In this document: positions 18,350 to 28,714 of the stretch, in pieces
Numbering within the stretch: the stretch's first letter is position 1
Layout of the letters: each line of letters opens with the position of its first letter
Sequence record: SRR2962707_1578
Reading direction: 5' to 3' (one strand)
Length of the DNA: 28,750 nt
Notes under the pieces: model-generated
Seen by the model: only the letters and a program-made list of their open reading frames with translations
What the model was told of the DNA's origin: nothing
Databases searched by the model: none
Made by a program: the position numbers and the translations under genes

Positions 18350-18961
18350 TTATTTTATGTCTTGGTCGACGCTGTATATGGTCCATTTTTGTAGACTACG
18401 CTTTTGATTGGAATACACTTCTGCGACCACTCGTCGGTTTTTCATTTTGCCTTCATCTGTGCTGTTGCTAGCAATTGGCTTGCGGTTACCATACCCAACG
18501 GCGGTTACGCGGCGTGGCGCAATTCTAAACTTATCAATAAGAATCTCGCTAACGGCGTTCGCTCTGTCTTGTGATAGTTGCTGATTTATTTTGGCTTCGC
18601 CCGCGTTATCTGTATGCCCTTCAATGCGAACTTTGGTCTCTGGGTTGTCCATTAAGAAGTTTGCAAGCTGCTGGATTTTTCCATAGAAGCGAGGGCTGAC
18701 CACAGATTTATTTGGCTTAAAAAGAATCTGCATATCCATGGAAAAAACAGACGAACTCTTTTCTGGGCAACCTTGTAATGTCACTAAAGCCCCAAGAGGC
18801 GTATTCGGACAGACATCACGAGAGTTGATGACTCCGTCATGGTCATCGTCTTTTATCGATTGAGGATTGAAATTTTTCCCATAAAGAGAAAAGTCGTCAG
18901 CAGCGTATAACGCTGAACTGACGACACTCAAGATAAAGAGGAGAAGGTGTTTTATTGCCAA
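18350..18961 (-). CDS. OmpA-like peptidoglycan-binding protein with a Ca-binding TSP3-like repeat
   Basis: Signal peptide, DDDHDGVINSRDVCPNTP...GC, IEGHTD, LSQDRANAV and NRRV. Overlaps the upstream gene by 10 nt. Confidence 0.9.
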   Translation of the reverse strand: MAIKHLLLFILSVVSSALYAADDFSLYGKNFNPQSIKDDDHDGVINSRDVCPNTPLGALVTLQGCPEKSSSVFSMDMQILFKPNKSVVSPRFYGKIQQLANFLMDNPETKVRIEGHTDNAGEAKINQQLSQDRANAVSEILIDKFRIAPRRVTAVGYGNRKPIASNSTDEGKMKNRRVVAEVYSNQKRSLQKWTIYSVDQDIK

Positions 18962-20472
18962 CCTCCACTTTGTTCATCGGAATCTAAGAACAGTTGCTCT
19001 TCGAGGCTCTTTTCGTTTTCTTTTTTGGCCGGAGCGGTAGGCTTAGGTCCTGTGTTTTTTAGTATCGACTCACTTGGCTGCACCGATGACTCGGCGGCCT
19101 TTAGCTCTTCGCTAGGGGACTGGTTTTTGAGTGCCACTGGCTCAGAATCAAAATGATCTTCGAAGCCAAGTAATGGCGGACGATAAATTCTGAATGCTGT
19201 CATTAGGTCGCCTTTTGCATTGAATAGGCGGAATTCAGAGAACAGTTCGTCATAATCGGCATTAACGTAATCTTGGCGGGCTTCAAACAGCTCATTTTCA
19301 CTGTCGAGCAGATCAAGCAGAGTGCGTCGACCTAGACGGAATTGTTTTTCATAGGCAACTTGAGACTCTTTGGTCGCCACAACATATTCTTTTATGTGTT
19401 CTTTTTGGCCTGTGGTTGCTTCATAAGCCGCCCACGCTAAGCGCACAGTTAACTCTGTGTCTCTAAGTGTTTGGCGACGAATCTCAGACGCTTGAGCAAT
19501 CTGTTGCACGGCGACTTCTTTGTTGCGTTTGTAGTTGCCACCATTGTAGAGATTGTAGTTGAGGCGAATCATGGCTTGCAGGTCTTCATCTGGACCTTCA
19601 GAGCCGTCGATGTTTTTATTCCAGGTTCGCTCTACCACAAAGTTGACCGTTGGGTATTTGGACCCTTCAACCGATTTCTTGAAATGCTCTGTGGCTTTTA
19701 TGTCCCATTTAGAGCCTTCAACTGATGGGTTCTTAGCAAGAGATTGCTCAATGGCATCGTTGAGATCTTTGGGCAGCAATGTTTTATCAGGAACCGGATA
19801 AATCATATCCTTTGGCGGCAATTCGCCGACTGTGTTCTTGTAGTTACTTTCCGCGTCTCTCAGGTTATTAACGGCCGCTAATCGATTGGAATACGCTTTT
19901 GCGAGACGGGCGGTAATTTGGCTTAAATCAGATTGTCTGCCAACGCCTGAGTCGCTTTTTAGTTTGATTTGGCTGTAAATACGATTGTGGGTTTCTAAAT
20001 TGAGGTCCGCTAACGCAACCAGCTCACGATAGCGTAAGACATTGGCGTACACCTGAGCGACGCTTAGTGCGGTATTTTCAACGCTTACTAAGGCACTCCA
20101 ACGATCCGACTCAGCTTCGCTGTTCAAACGTTTAACGTCATAAGTGGTGGCAAAACCATCAAACAAAGGTTGAGTTAGTGATAAAGACAGTTCGCGCCTT
20201 GTTAGCGTTACGTCTTCCGATATGCCTGAGTCTGCATAGGTTCGTTCTTTACCAGTACCTGCAGCAAGATCAATGCTTGGGTAAAAACCAGAGTGTCTTG
20301 AGATCTCTGTGTTTTGCACATCTTCTCGGTATTTTGCAATCGCCTGTCTAACCGTTGGGCTATTGTTGATGGCCGTATAGGTCGCTTCTTCTAGAGTGAT
20401 AGCGTATAGATTGGCAGAAGAAAAAATGATTCCCAGATAAGTCGCATGTGATATAAAAGTTCTCAATAGCAT
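18952..20472 (-). CDS. TolC-family type I secretion outer membrane protein (AggA/LapE-like)
   Basis: Signal peptide, FYPSIDL, LTQPLFDG, YNLYNGG and QFRLGRRTLLDLLDSENELF. Start placed at ATG 20472 after AAGGGA. Confidence 0.9.
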   Translation of the reverse strand: MLLRTFISHATYLGIIFSSANLYAITLEEATYTAINNSPTVRQAIAKYREDVQNTEISRHSGFYPSIDLAAGTGKERTYADSGISEDVTLTRRELSLSLTQPLFDGFATTYDVKRLNSEAESDRWSALVSVENTALSVAQVYANVLRYRELVALADLNLETHNRIYSQIKLKSDSGVGRQSDLSQITARLAKAYSNRLAAVNNLRDAESNYKNTVGELPPKDMIYPVPDKTLLPKDLNDAIEQSLAKNPSVEGSKWDIKATEHFKKSVEGSKYPTVNFVVERTWNKNIDGSEGPDEDLQAMIRLNYNLYNGGNYKRNKEVAVQQIAQASEIRRQTLRDTELTVRLAWAAYEATTGQKEHIKEYVVATKESQVAYEKQFRLGRRTLLDLLDSENELFEARQDYVNADYDELFSEFRLFNAKGDLMTAFRIYRPPLLGFEDHFDSEPVALKNQSPSEELKAAESSVQPSESILKNTGPKPTAPAKKENEKSLEEQLFLDSDEQSGGWQ

Positions 20473-20579
20473 GTCTTGTTTATCCCTTAATTCATCTCTT
20501 GCCGATGCTAGATCCATTTCAGCTATTAGTCTGTAGTTGTTATGTTACATTAACAGGAATCTCTTTTTAGATAAAACAG

Positions 20580-21311
20580 TTAAACGTCACCCCAGAGTAA
20601 ATTTAATGCGGTCAGAGCAACAATAGGTGCGGTTTCTGTGCGTAGAACGCGAGGGCCAAGAGCAATCGCATTAAAGCCGTGCAGCTTCGCGCTTTCTACT
20701 TCTTGCTCTGTTAGTCCTCCTTCAGGGCCGATCAATAAAGCCACCTGATTATTACTTGGTTGTTCATACTGAGAAATGGGTTTTGCGCTGTGATGGTGAA
20801 GCGTCAGCTTTAACATATCGTTACAACCAGCTACCCAATCGAGTAAATTCATCGGAGTCTTAATCTTTGGTACTATGCCGCGACCAGATTGTTCCGCCGC
20901 ACTGATGGCGACTTGTTGCCAATGTTGCAAACGTTTTTCCAGCCGACCATCCTGCAATTTTACTTCGCAGCGGGCGCTAAAAAGTGGCTGAATTTCGAAC
21001 ACACCCGATTCCACGGCTTTTTGGATTGCATAATCCATTCGCTCTCCACGAGAGAGGGTTTGGCCTATGGTGACTTTTAGTGGAGATTCGTTGTTGAGTG
21101 ATTCGAAGGTAGATAGCTGGACACTGGCTGAGCGTTTCTCGACATCACATAGTTCGCCATAAAATTGGCCACCTTGGCCATTGAATAGGCGCATAGGGTT
21201 GCCATTTTTCAAACGAAGTACTTTGCAAACATGCTGGAATGCAGAATCAGGTAACTCGATCTTGGTGTTTTCAGCCAACGCTATATCAACAAAAATTCGT
21301 GGGATTCGCAT
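20580..21311 (-). CDS. rsmE: 16S rRNA m3U1498 methyltransferase RsmE
   Basis: HVCKVLRL, IQKAVESGV, AAEQSGR, IGPEGG and LGPRVLRTETA. Confidence 0.96.
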   Translation of the reverse strand: MRIPRIFVDIALAENTKIELPDSAFQHVCKVLRLKNGNPMRLFNGQGGQFYGELCDVEKRSASVQLSTFESLNNESPLKVTIGQTLSRGERMDYAIQKAVESGVFEIQPLFSARCEVKLQDGRLEKRLQHWQQVAISAAEQSGRGIVPKIKTPMNLLDWVAGCNDMLKLTLHHHSAKPISQYEQPSNNQVALLIGPEGGLTEQEVESAKLHGFNAIALGPRVLRTETAPIVALTALNLLWGDV

Positions 21312-21356
21312 GTTTTATTACGCTCCGTCAGTATAAAAAAGCCAACAAAAAATCGA

Positions 21357-21388
21357 TAAAGAAAAAAGCCCTCTATAGAGAGGGCTTT
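21357..21388 (-). terminator. Intrinsic terminator after metK
   Basis: AAAGCCCTCT-loop-AGAGGGCTTT stem followed on the minus strand by TTTCTTT. Confidence 0.85.
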
Positions 21389-21407
21389 ATACTGGAAATA
21401 CGGGAGA

Positions 21408-22571
21408 TTATAAACCAGCGGCGTGACGTAACGCCTCTGCTTTGTCCGTTTTTTCCCAAGTGAAGTTGTCACCGGTACGACCAAAGTGACCATAAGCCGC
21501 GGTCGGCAAGTAGATAGGTCGTTTTAGGTCAAGCATTTTAACCAGACCAGCAGGACGCAATTCGAAGTGCTCGCGAACTAGCTGAGAAATCAGTGCGTCG
21601 CTTACCTTGCCAGTGCCAAATGTATTGATACTGATAGAGGTTGGCTCAGCAACACCAATGGCATAAGAAATTTGGATTTCACATCTGTCTGCTAACCCAG
21701 CCGCAACGATGTTTTTCGCAACATAACGACCCGCGTAGGCCGCAGAACGGTCAACTTTGGATGGATCTTTACCAGAGAAAGCACCACCACCGTGGCGTGC
21801 CATACCGCCGTATGTATCGACAATGATTTTACGTCCAGTTAGACCGCAATCACCGACCGGACCACCAATGATGAACTGACCGGTTGGGTTGATAAAGTAC
21901 TTGGTGTCTTTCGATAACCATTCAGCCGGTAGTACTGGCTTGATGATCTCTTCCATTACCGCTTCACGAAGATCCGCTTGTTTAACGGACGCGCTGTGTT
22001 GGGTTGAAAGAACCACGGCGTCGATAGCGCAAGGCTTGCCATTTTCATCGTAGCGGAAAGTCACTTGGCTCTTCGCATCTGGGCGCAAAAAGTCTAGCGT
22101 GCCGTTTTTACGTACTTCTGCTTGGCGTTGAACCAAACGGTGCGCGTAGGTGATTGGAGCCGGCATAAGAACGTCGGTCTCATTGGTGGCAAAACCAAAC
22201 ATTAACCCTTGGTCGCCCGCACCTTGTTCTTTCTCACTGGCTTCGTCTACACCAACGGCGATGTCTGCAGATTGTTTACCAATGGCGTTCATGACAGCAC
22301 AAGATTCCCAGTCGAATCCCATGTCTGAACTGTTGTAACCAATCTCACGGATCACTCCGCGCGCGATTTCTTCGATGTCTACCCAGGCGTCAGTACGGAC
22401 TTCACCAGCCACAAGAACCATGCCTGTTTTGACTAGGGTTTCACACGCAACGCGTGCTTCAGGATCTTTTTCAAGGATGGCATCAAGGATGGCATCGGAC
22501 ACTTGGTCCGCGATTTTATCTGGGTGACCTTCAGAAACAGACTCTGAAGTGAATAAAGAATACTCTGACAT
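21408..22571 (-). CDS. metK: S-adenosylmethionine synthetase
   Basis: [19 protein letters not shown] and [16 protein letters not shown]. Start at ATG 22571 after GAGG. Confidence 0.98.
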   Translation of the reverse strand: MSEYSLFTSESVSEGHPDKIADQVSDAILDAILEKDPEARVACETLVKTGMVLVAGEVRTDAWVDIEEIARGVIREIGYNSSDMGFDWESCAVMNAIGKQSADIAVGVDEASEKEQGAGDQGLMFGFATNETDVLMPAPITYAHRLVQRQAEVRKNGTLDFLRPDAKSQVTFRYDENGKPCAIDAVVLSTQHSASVKQADLREAVMEEIIKPVLPAEWLSKDTKYFINPTGQFIIGGPVGDCGLTGRKIIVDTYGGMARHGGGAFSGKDPSKVDRSAAYAGRYVAKNIVAAGLADRCEIQISYAIGVAEPTSISINTFGTGKVSDALISQLVREHFELRPAGLVKMLDLKRPIYLPTAAYGHFGRTGDNFTWEKTDKAEALRHAAGL

Positions 22572-22617
22572 GTTTAGGGCCTCTATCAAAAATGATGGAT
22601 AAGCGCCAAACAGGCAT

Positions 22618-22655
22618 AAAAAAACCCGCTTAGCATTGAACGCAACTAAACAGGT
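22618..22655 (-). terminator. Riboswitch-controlled intrinsic terminator in the metK leader
   Basis: Minus strand ACCUGUUUAG-UUGCGUUCAAUG-CUAAGCGGGU followed by a U-run (7 U in total). Confidence 0.8.
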
Positions 22656-22665
22656 GATACTGATT

Positions 22666-22716
22666 CTGTTTAGCTGCTTTTATATAGCGTCCGCAAGCCG
22701 AAACAAATCGACGCTG
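22666..22716 (-). ncRNA. SAM-II (SAM-alpha / SAM-V-like) riboswitch aptamer upstream of metK
   Basis: Minus strand AGCGUC-GAUUUGUUUCGGCUUGCG-GACGCU-AUAUAAAAGC-AGCUAAAC. It has a 6-bp P1 and the conserved GAUUU, UUGC and GCUAAA elements in canonical order, upstream of SAM synthetase. Confidence 0.88.
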
Positions 22717-22728
22717 TAAGTGCGATAA

Positions 22729-22757
22729 ATGATCTACTACCTAGGCTAAAATTTCAA
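22729..22757 (-). promoter_or_regulatory. Putative sigma70 promoter of the metK leader
   Basis: TTGAAA (22757-22752)-N17-GATCAT (22734-22729). The predicted start lies just 5' of the aptamer. Confidence 0.5.
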
Positions 22758-22937
22758 GTTAACCTCGCCATATTAATGAGTAAATGACGTTCTTTTTTGC
22801 TAGGATGGTTCAGAAGTCATGTTGTTTCGTTTTTCTTGCTTTATTTTGGTGCGTGAGCTACCGGTGAATTGCAAGATTAATTCACAGCATAAAACCTATT
22901 TTTTATTGTTCGTTGAGCTATCAGGAGTGGAATAACA

Positions 22938-24938
22938 ATGCCGTCTCGTAAAGAACTTGCTAACGCCATACGTGCTCTGAGTATGGATGCTGTACAAAAA
23001 GCTAACTCAGGCCACCCAGGTGCCCCAATGGGTATGGCAGACATCGCGGAAGTGCTATGGAACGATTTTCTAAAGCATAACCCAACCAATTCGAAATGGG
23101 CTGATCGTGACCGCTTTGTCTTGTCCAATGGTCACGGCTCTATGCTGATTTATTCTTTGTTGCACCTTTCTGGCTACAACTTATCCATTGAAGACATCAA
23201 ACAATTCCGCCAGTTGCATTCTAAAACACCGGGTCACCCTGAATACGGTTACACAGACGGTGTTGAAACAACCACAGGGCCACTTGGCGCTGGTATCAGT
23301 AATGCTGTCGGTATGGCCATTGCTGAGAAAACCTTAGCGGCTCAGTTTAACCGTGAAGGTCACACTATTGTTGACCACAATACTTATTGCTTCCTAGGCG
23401 ACGGCTGCTTGATGGAAGGTATTTCCCATGAAGCCTGTTCACTGGCGGGTACCTTAGGCCTTGGTAAGTTGGTCGCGTTCTGGGATGACAACGGCATTTC
23501 CATTGATGGCCATGTAGAAGGTTGGTTTACTGACGATACGCCTAAGCGTTTTGAGTCTTACGGCTGGCATGTTATTGCTGGTGTTGATGGACACGATCCA
23601 GAAGCAATCAAAGCGGCAATCGAAGCGGCGAAAGCAGAAACGTCTAGACCCACATTGATTTGCTGTAAAACAATTATCGGCTTTGGTTCACCAAATAAAT
23701 CCGGTAGCCACGACTGTCACGGTGCGCCATTAGGCGATGCAGAAATCGCTGCGGCTCGTGAGTTTCTTGGTTGGAAACACGCGCCATTTGAAGTACCTGC
23801 AGATGTGTACGCAGGTTGGGATGCCAAAGAAAAAGGCGCGGCAGCACAAACTCAATGGGAAGCGTCTTTTGAAGCGTATAAAGCGGCTTACCCAGAATTG
23901 GCGGCAGAATTTGATCGTCGTGTATTGAAAGGCGATTTGCCTGCGGATTTCGAAGAAAAAGCACAAGCCTTTATTCAAGAATGCCAAGACAAAGGCGAAA
24001 GCATCGCGAGTCGTAAAGCGTCTCAAAATGCCATTGGTACCTTTGGTGCTATTTTGCCTGAGCTACTAGGTGGTTCTGCCGATCTAGCGGGTTCTAACTT
24101 AACACTTTGGTCTGGTTCAAAAGGCATTCAAGACGATGCCTCTGGTAACTACATCTACTACGGTGTTCGTGAATTTGGTATGAGCGGCATCATGAATGGC
24201 GCGTCTTTACACGGTGGTTTTATTAACTACGGTGCGACTTTCATGATGTTCATGGAATACGCGCGCAACGCGGTACGTATGTCTGCTTTGATGGGCATTC
24301 AGAATGTCTTCGTTTACACCCATGACTCTATTGGTCAAGGTGAAGATGGTCCTACGCACCAGCCAGTTGAACAACTTGCTAACTTACGTATGACACCAAA
24401 TATGTCTGTTTGGCGTCCATGTGATGCTGCAGAAACAGCGGTTTCTTGGAAAGCCGCGATTGAGCGTCGTGATGGACCAACATCATTGATTTTCTCTCGC
24501 CAAGGTTTGCCTGCTCAAGCGCGTACGGCTGAACAGCTAGCCAATGTCGCGAAGGGCGGTTACGTTCTACAAGATTGTGCTGGCACACCAGATTTGATCT
24601 TGATTGCGACGGGTTCTGAAGTTGCTCTGGCGATGTCTTCTGCAGAAGCATTGACGGCAAAAGGTACGAAAGTACGTGTTGTGTCCATGCCTTCTACGAC
24701 CGTTTTCGACGCTCAAGATGCAGACTACAAAGCGTCCGTATTACCAAGCAATGTGACTAAGCGTGTTGCGATCGAAGCGGCGCATGTGGACTTCTGGTAT
24801 AAATATGTAGGCTTTGACGGTGCAACTGTTGGCATGACAACCTTCGGCGAATCTGCTCCTGGTGGCGATTTGTTGAAACACTTCGGCTTCACAGTCGATA
24901 ACGTCGTAGCCACGGCAGAAAAACTGTTGTCCGCTTAA
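22938..24938 (+). CDS. tkt: Transketolase
   Basis: [34 protein letters not shown] and [15 protein letters not shown]. Confidence 0.98.
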   Translation: MPSRKELANAIRALSMDAVQKANSGHPGAPMGMADIAEVLWNDFLKHNPTNSKWADRDRFVLSNGHGSMLIYSLLHLSGYNLSIEDIKQFRQLHSKTPGHPEYGYTDGVETTTGPLGAGISNAVGMAIAEKTLAAQFNREGHTIVDHNTYCFLGDGCLMEGISHEACSLAGTLGLGKLVAFWDDNGISIDGHVEGWFTDDTPKRFESYGWHVIAGVDGHDPEAIKAAIEAAKAETSRPTLICCKTIIGFGSPNKSGSHDCHGAPLGDAEIAAAREFLGWKHAPFEVPADVYAGWDAKEKGAAAQTQWEASFEAYKAAYPELAAEFDRRVLKGDLPADFEEKAQAFIQECQDKGESIASRKASQNAIGTFGAILPELLGGSADLAGSNLTLWSGSKGIQDDASGNYIYYGVREFGMSGIMNGASLHGGFINYGATFMMFMEYARNAVRMSALMGIQNVFVYTHDSIGQGEDGPTHQPVEQLANLRMTPNMSVWRPCDAAETAVSWKAAIERRDGPTSLIFSRQGLPAQARTAEQLANVAKGGYVLQDCAGTPDLILIATGSEVALAMSSAEALTAKGTKVRVVSMPSTTVFDAQDADYKASVLPSNVTKRVAIEAAHVDFWYKYVGFDGATVGMTTFGESAPGGDLLKHFGFTVDNVVATAEKLLSA

Positions 24939-24950
24939 TATACATCGAGC

Positions 24951-24990
24951 AAAAGAGGTGTGCTGATCAGTGCGCCTCTTTTTTCTTCTT
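24951..24990 (+). terminator. Intrinsic terminator after tkt
   Basis: AAAAGAGGTGTGCT-GATC-AGTGCGCCTCTTTT followed by further T-rich sequence. Confidence 0.8.
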
Positions 24991-25036
24991 TTTGTGAAGG
25001 GCTGTGAAAAGCCTTTTGTTGTGATGAAGTAGGGCT

Positions 25037-26056
25037 ATGTTACGAGTCGCTATCAATGGTTATGGTCGAATAGGGCGCTCCGTACTACGCGCTTTATACG
25101 AAAACGGCTACCGCGATCACCTTCAGGTGGTGGCGATCAATGAGTTGTCTGATATCGAGACAATGAGTTACCTTACGCGCTATGACACGACGCATGGCCG
25201 CTTTCCTAAACCGGTTAATACTAAGCAAAATTCGCTCATCATTGGCGACGACGAAATTCGTTGTTTTCATTGTGAAACGCCGGATTTATTGGATTGGAAA
25301 GCGCTAAATGTGGACATGGTGCTGGAATGTTCAGGGAGCTTTTCTGAGCGTGAAGGCGCGCAAAGCTATCTAGATGCGGGGGTTCCTCGCTTGTTACTTT
25401 CCCAGCCTGCTGCAGCCGATGTGGATGCAACGATCGTCTTTGGTTTTAACCAGGATCAAATTACCGCCGAACAGTCGATTGTCTCTGCGGCGTCTTGTAC
25501 TACCAATTGTCTGATTCCCGTATTAGACACGATCAAAGCGTTTGCAGGGATTGAGCATGGTGTCGCACAAACAATTCATTCGGCGATGAACGACCAACCC
25601 GTTATTGATGGCTATAACCCTAAAGACTTACGTTTAACGCGCTCTGCACTGAGTTCTATCATTCCGGTTAATACTGGTTTGTCTCGGGGGATTACTCGAT
25701 TAATGCCCGAATTAGACGGGAAAATAGGCTGCAACGCGGTGCGTGTACCTACGTTAAATGTTTCTGCAATTGATTTGGTTTTGCGTACAGAAAATGCAGT
25801 GACCAAGGAAGAAATCAATCAGCGATTACAGCAGGCCGCAACCTTGAAGTATGCTGGTTTGCTTGGTTTTACCAATGAGCCTCACGCGTCTGTGGATTTC
25901 AATCATGACCCACGGTCAGTGATTGTTGATGGCACCCAAACCCATGTCATTGATGGGCGTATGGTAAAGCTATTATGCTGGTTTGATAATGAATGGGGCT
26001 ATGCCAACCGTATGTTGGATGTGGCCAAGCATTGGGCTGATGTCATCATCAGGTAA
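25037..26056 (+). CDS. epd: D-erythrose-4-phosphate dehydrogenase (GAPDH family)
   Basis: INGYGRIGR, ASCTTNC, the Epd-type TIHSAMNDQ and WFDNEWGYANRM; tkt-epd-pgk-fba context. Confidence 0.9.
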   Translation: MLRVAINGYGRIGRSVLRALYENGYRDHLQVVAINELSDIETMSYLTRYDTTHGRFPKPVNTKQNSLIIGDDEIRCFHCETPDLLDWKALNVDMVLECSGSFSEREGAQSYLDAGVPRLLLSQPAAADVDATIVFGFNQDQITAEQSIVSAASCTTNCLIPVLDTIKAFAGIEHGVAQTIHSAMNDQPVIDGYNPKDLRLTRSALSSIIPVNTGLSRGITRLMPELDGKIGCNAVRVPTLNVSAIDLVLRTENAVTKEEINQRLQQAATLKYAGLLGFTNEPHASVDFNHDPRSVIVDGTQTHVIDGRMVKLLCWFDNEWGYANRMLDVAKHWADVIIR

Positions 26057-26106
26057 TGTTTCTAGAGTTCGATATTTATAGCTGTTAAATGACGAGGAAA
26101 TCGTGC

Positions 26107-27270
26107 ATGACCGTAATTAAAATGAAAGACGTTGATTTAGCCGACAAGCGTGTGCTTATTCGCGAAGATCTAAATGTGCCGGTAAAAAACGGCAAGGTAA
26201 CAAGTGATGCACGCATTCGTGCCGCGTTGCCGACGTTAAAATTGGCGTTAGCCGCTGGCGCAAAAGTCATGGTGATGTCTCACTTAGGTCGCCCAACGGA
26301 AGGCGAATATGAAGAAGAATATTCATTGTTGCCTGTCGCTCAGCACTTGTCTTCTTTATTGGGGCAAGAAGTGCCTCTTGTAAAAGATTGGCTAGAGGGT
26401 GTAGACGTTGCAGCAGGGCAATTGGTATTGCTAGAAAATGTACGTTTTAACGCCGGTGAGAAAAAAGACGACGAGGGGCTGGCGAAGAAAATGGCGGCCT
26501 TGTGTGATGTCTTTGTAATGGATGCCTTTGGTACCGCTCACCGTGCACAAGCCTCGACCCATGGCGTTGCCAAATTTGCTCCGATTGCCTGCGCAGGCCC
26601 ATTGCTTGCGACAGAGTTGGATGCCTTGGAAAAAGCCTTGGCGAATCCTGCGCGCCCAATGGCGGCGATTGTGGGTGGCTCTAAAGTGTCTACCAAATTA
26701 ACCGTGCTTGAATCTTTGTCCGATAAAGTGGATCAGCTGATTGTCGGTGGTGGTATCGCGAACACTTTTCTTGCCGCAGCGGGTTTCCCAATCGGCAAAT
26801 CTTTGTATGAAGAAGATCTCATTCCACAGGCTAAAGCCTTGATGGCAAAAACCAGCATTCCTCTGCCTGAAGATGTTGTTGTGGCAACGGCGTTTGCGCC
26901 GGATGCAGAAGCCATCATTAAAGACGCCAAAGATGTTGGCCCTGATGACATGATTTTAGACATTGGACCAAAAGCCGCTGCGGCGTTTGCTGCCTTGTTG
27001 GAAAATTCAAAAACCATCATCTGGAACGGTCCTGTTGGCGTATTTGAATTTGACCAGTTTGGTAGTGGTACCAAGGCGTTAGCCATGGCGATCGCGAAGA
27101 GTGATGGTTTCTCTATTGCTGGTGGTGGCGACACATTGGCTGCCGTTGATAAGTACGATATTACCGACCATGTTTCGTATATTTCGACAGGTGGCGGTGC
27201 TTTCCTTGAATTTGTTGAAGGAAAAGTGCTTCCAGCGGTTGCGATGTTAGAGCGTCGCGCGCAAAATTAG
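26107..27270 (+). CDS. pgk: Phosphoglycerate kinase
   Basis: [38 protein letters not shown] and STGGGAFLE. Start at ATG 26107 after GAGG. Confidence 0.98.
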   Translation: MTVIKMKDVDLADKRVLIREDLNVPVKNGKVTSDARIRAALPTLKLALAAGAKVMVMSHLGRPTEGEYEEEYSLLPVAQHLSSLLGQEVPLVKDWLEGVDVAAGQLVLLENVRFNAGEKKDDEGLAKKMAALCDVFVMDAFGTAHRAQASTHGVAKFAPIACAGPLLATELDALEKALANPARPMAAIVGGSKVSTKLTVLESLSDKVDQLIVGGGIANTFLAAAGFPIGKSLYEEDLIPQAKALMAKTSIPLPEDVVVATAFAPDAEAIIKDAKDVGPDDMILDIGPKAAAAFAALLENSKTIIWNGPVGVFEFDQFGSGTKALAMAIAKSDGFSIAGGGDTLAAVDKYDITDHVSYISTGGGAFLEFVEGKVLPAVAMLERRAQN

Positions 27271-27532
27271 TATCAAAGAACGACGAAAATCGTTCGTTAT
27301 AATAAAGGCGTAAAGCCAATCACGTTGACCGGATCGTTTTGATGATGAGTCGACGGATAATAAAACTAGAGAGTGACTAACTCGGCACGTGTGTCGAGGA
27401 TGACAATGACGATAAGGCGTAAGCCACATAACGCTAGTGATAGTGTCTATGAAAAAATAAATAACCAGAGAGTTCGCCATAACTCCGTCTTCTATGATGT
27501 TCATAGAGGATTATTGTCAGAGGAAAACTTTT

Positions 27533-28600
27533 ATGCCTTTAATTAGTATGCGTCAATTGTTGGATCATGCCGCTGAGCACAGCTATGGTCTTCCTGCTTT
27601 TAATGTGAATAACATGGAGCAGGTTAAAGCCATTATGGAAGCAGCGAATGAGGTGAATTCTCCTGTTATCATGCAAGCCTCTGCAGGGGCTCGTAAATAC
27701 GCAGGTTCTCACTTCCTTCGTCACCTTATCTCTGCGGCCATTGAAGACTTTCCGCATATTCCTGTTGTTATGCATCAGGATCATGGTACATCTCCTGCCA
27801 TTTGCCAGCGCTCTATTCAGCTTGGATTCTCATCCGTGATGATGGATGGCTCTCTAATGGCCGATGGAAAGACGCCAGCCAGTTATGACTACAATGTTGA
27901 TGTGACTCGCCGTACGGTTGAGTTTGCTCATGCTTGTGGTGTGTCTGTCGAGGGTGAGTTGGGTGTGCTAGGTTCGCTAGAAACAGGTGAAGCTGGAGAA
28001 GAAGATGGTGTGGGTGCTTCTGGTATCTTAACCATGGATCAAATGCTAACAGACCCACAAGAAGCGGTAGATTTTGTAAACGCTACGGGCATTGATGCGC
28101 TAGCGGTTGCCATCGGTACTAGCCACGGCGCGTACAAGTTTACTCGTCCACCTACTGGCGATATCTTAGACATTGAGCGCATCGCGAAGATTGTTGAATT
28201 GCTGCCTAATACACACATTGTGTTGCACGGTTCTTCTTCTGTGCCGCAAGATTGGTTAGAGATTATCAACGAATTTGGTGGTGAAATCCCGGAAACCTAT
28301 GGTGTGCCTGTGGAAGAAATCGTTAAAGCGATCCGTTACGGTGTGCGTAAAGTAAACATAGATACCGACTTGCGTTTAGCTGCGACCGGTGCGATTCGTC
28401 GTAGCCTTGCAGAGCATAAAGGCAACTTTGACCCTCGTAAGTATCTAACCGAAAGCATCAAAGCCATGAAGGCGGTTTGTATTGACCGTTACGAAGCCTT
28501 TGGCTGTGCTGGACAAGCGTCTCGTATCCAAACGATGGATCTTGAAGAGATGGCAGTGCGCTATGAGCGTGGTGAGTACCTAAACGGTCGCAATTTTTAA
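27533..28600 (+). CDS. fba: Class II fructose-bisphosphate aldolase
   Basis: [39 protein letters not shown] and KVNIDTD. Start at ATG 27533 after GAGG. Confidence 0.97.
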   Translation: MPLISMRQLLDHAAEHSYGLPAFNVNNMEQVKAIMEAANEVNSPVIMQASAGARKYAGSHFLRHLISAAIEDFPHIPVVMHQDHGTSPAICQRSIQLGFSSVMMDGSLMADGKTPASYDYNVDVTRRTVEFAHACGVSVEGELGVLGSLETGEAGEEDGVGASGILTMDQMLTDPQEAVDFVNATGIDALAVAIGTSHGAYKFTRPPTGDILDIERIAKIVELLPNTHIVLHGSSSVPQDWLEIINEFGGEIPETYGVPVEEIVKAIRYGVRKVNIDTDLRLAATGAIRRSLAEHKGNFDPRKYLTESIKAMKAVCIDRYEAFGCAGQASRIQTMDLEEMAVRYERGEYLNGRNF

Positions 28601-28659
28601 TCGCGATTAATGCCTGAAGGCGAGCCTATAGAAATTGTTTTGTACTTTTTATTAGATAA

Positions 28660-28707
28660 TTGAAAAAAAGTGTTGACCAGAAAAATGATTTGCCTATAAT
28701 GCTCGCC
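28660..28707 (+). promoter_or_regulatory. Stable-RNA-type sigma70 promoter
   Basis: A-tract UP element, TTGACC (28673-28678)-N16-TATAAT (28695-28700) and GC-rich discriminator GCTCGCC. Confidence 0.85.
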
Positions 28708-28714
28708 ATTCCTT

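Noticed and set aside
27247-27504. 85-aa minus-strand ORF across the pgk-fba spacer
   Set aside because: Antisense to the operon, overlaps the end of pgk, and has no recognisable protein features.
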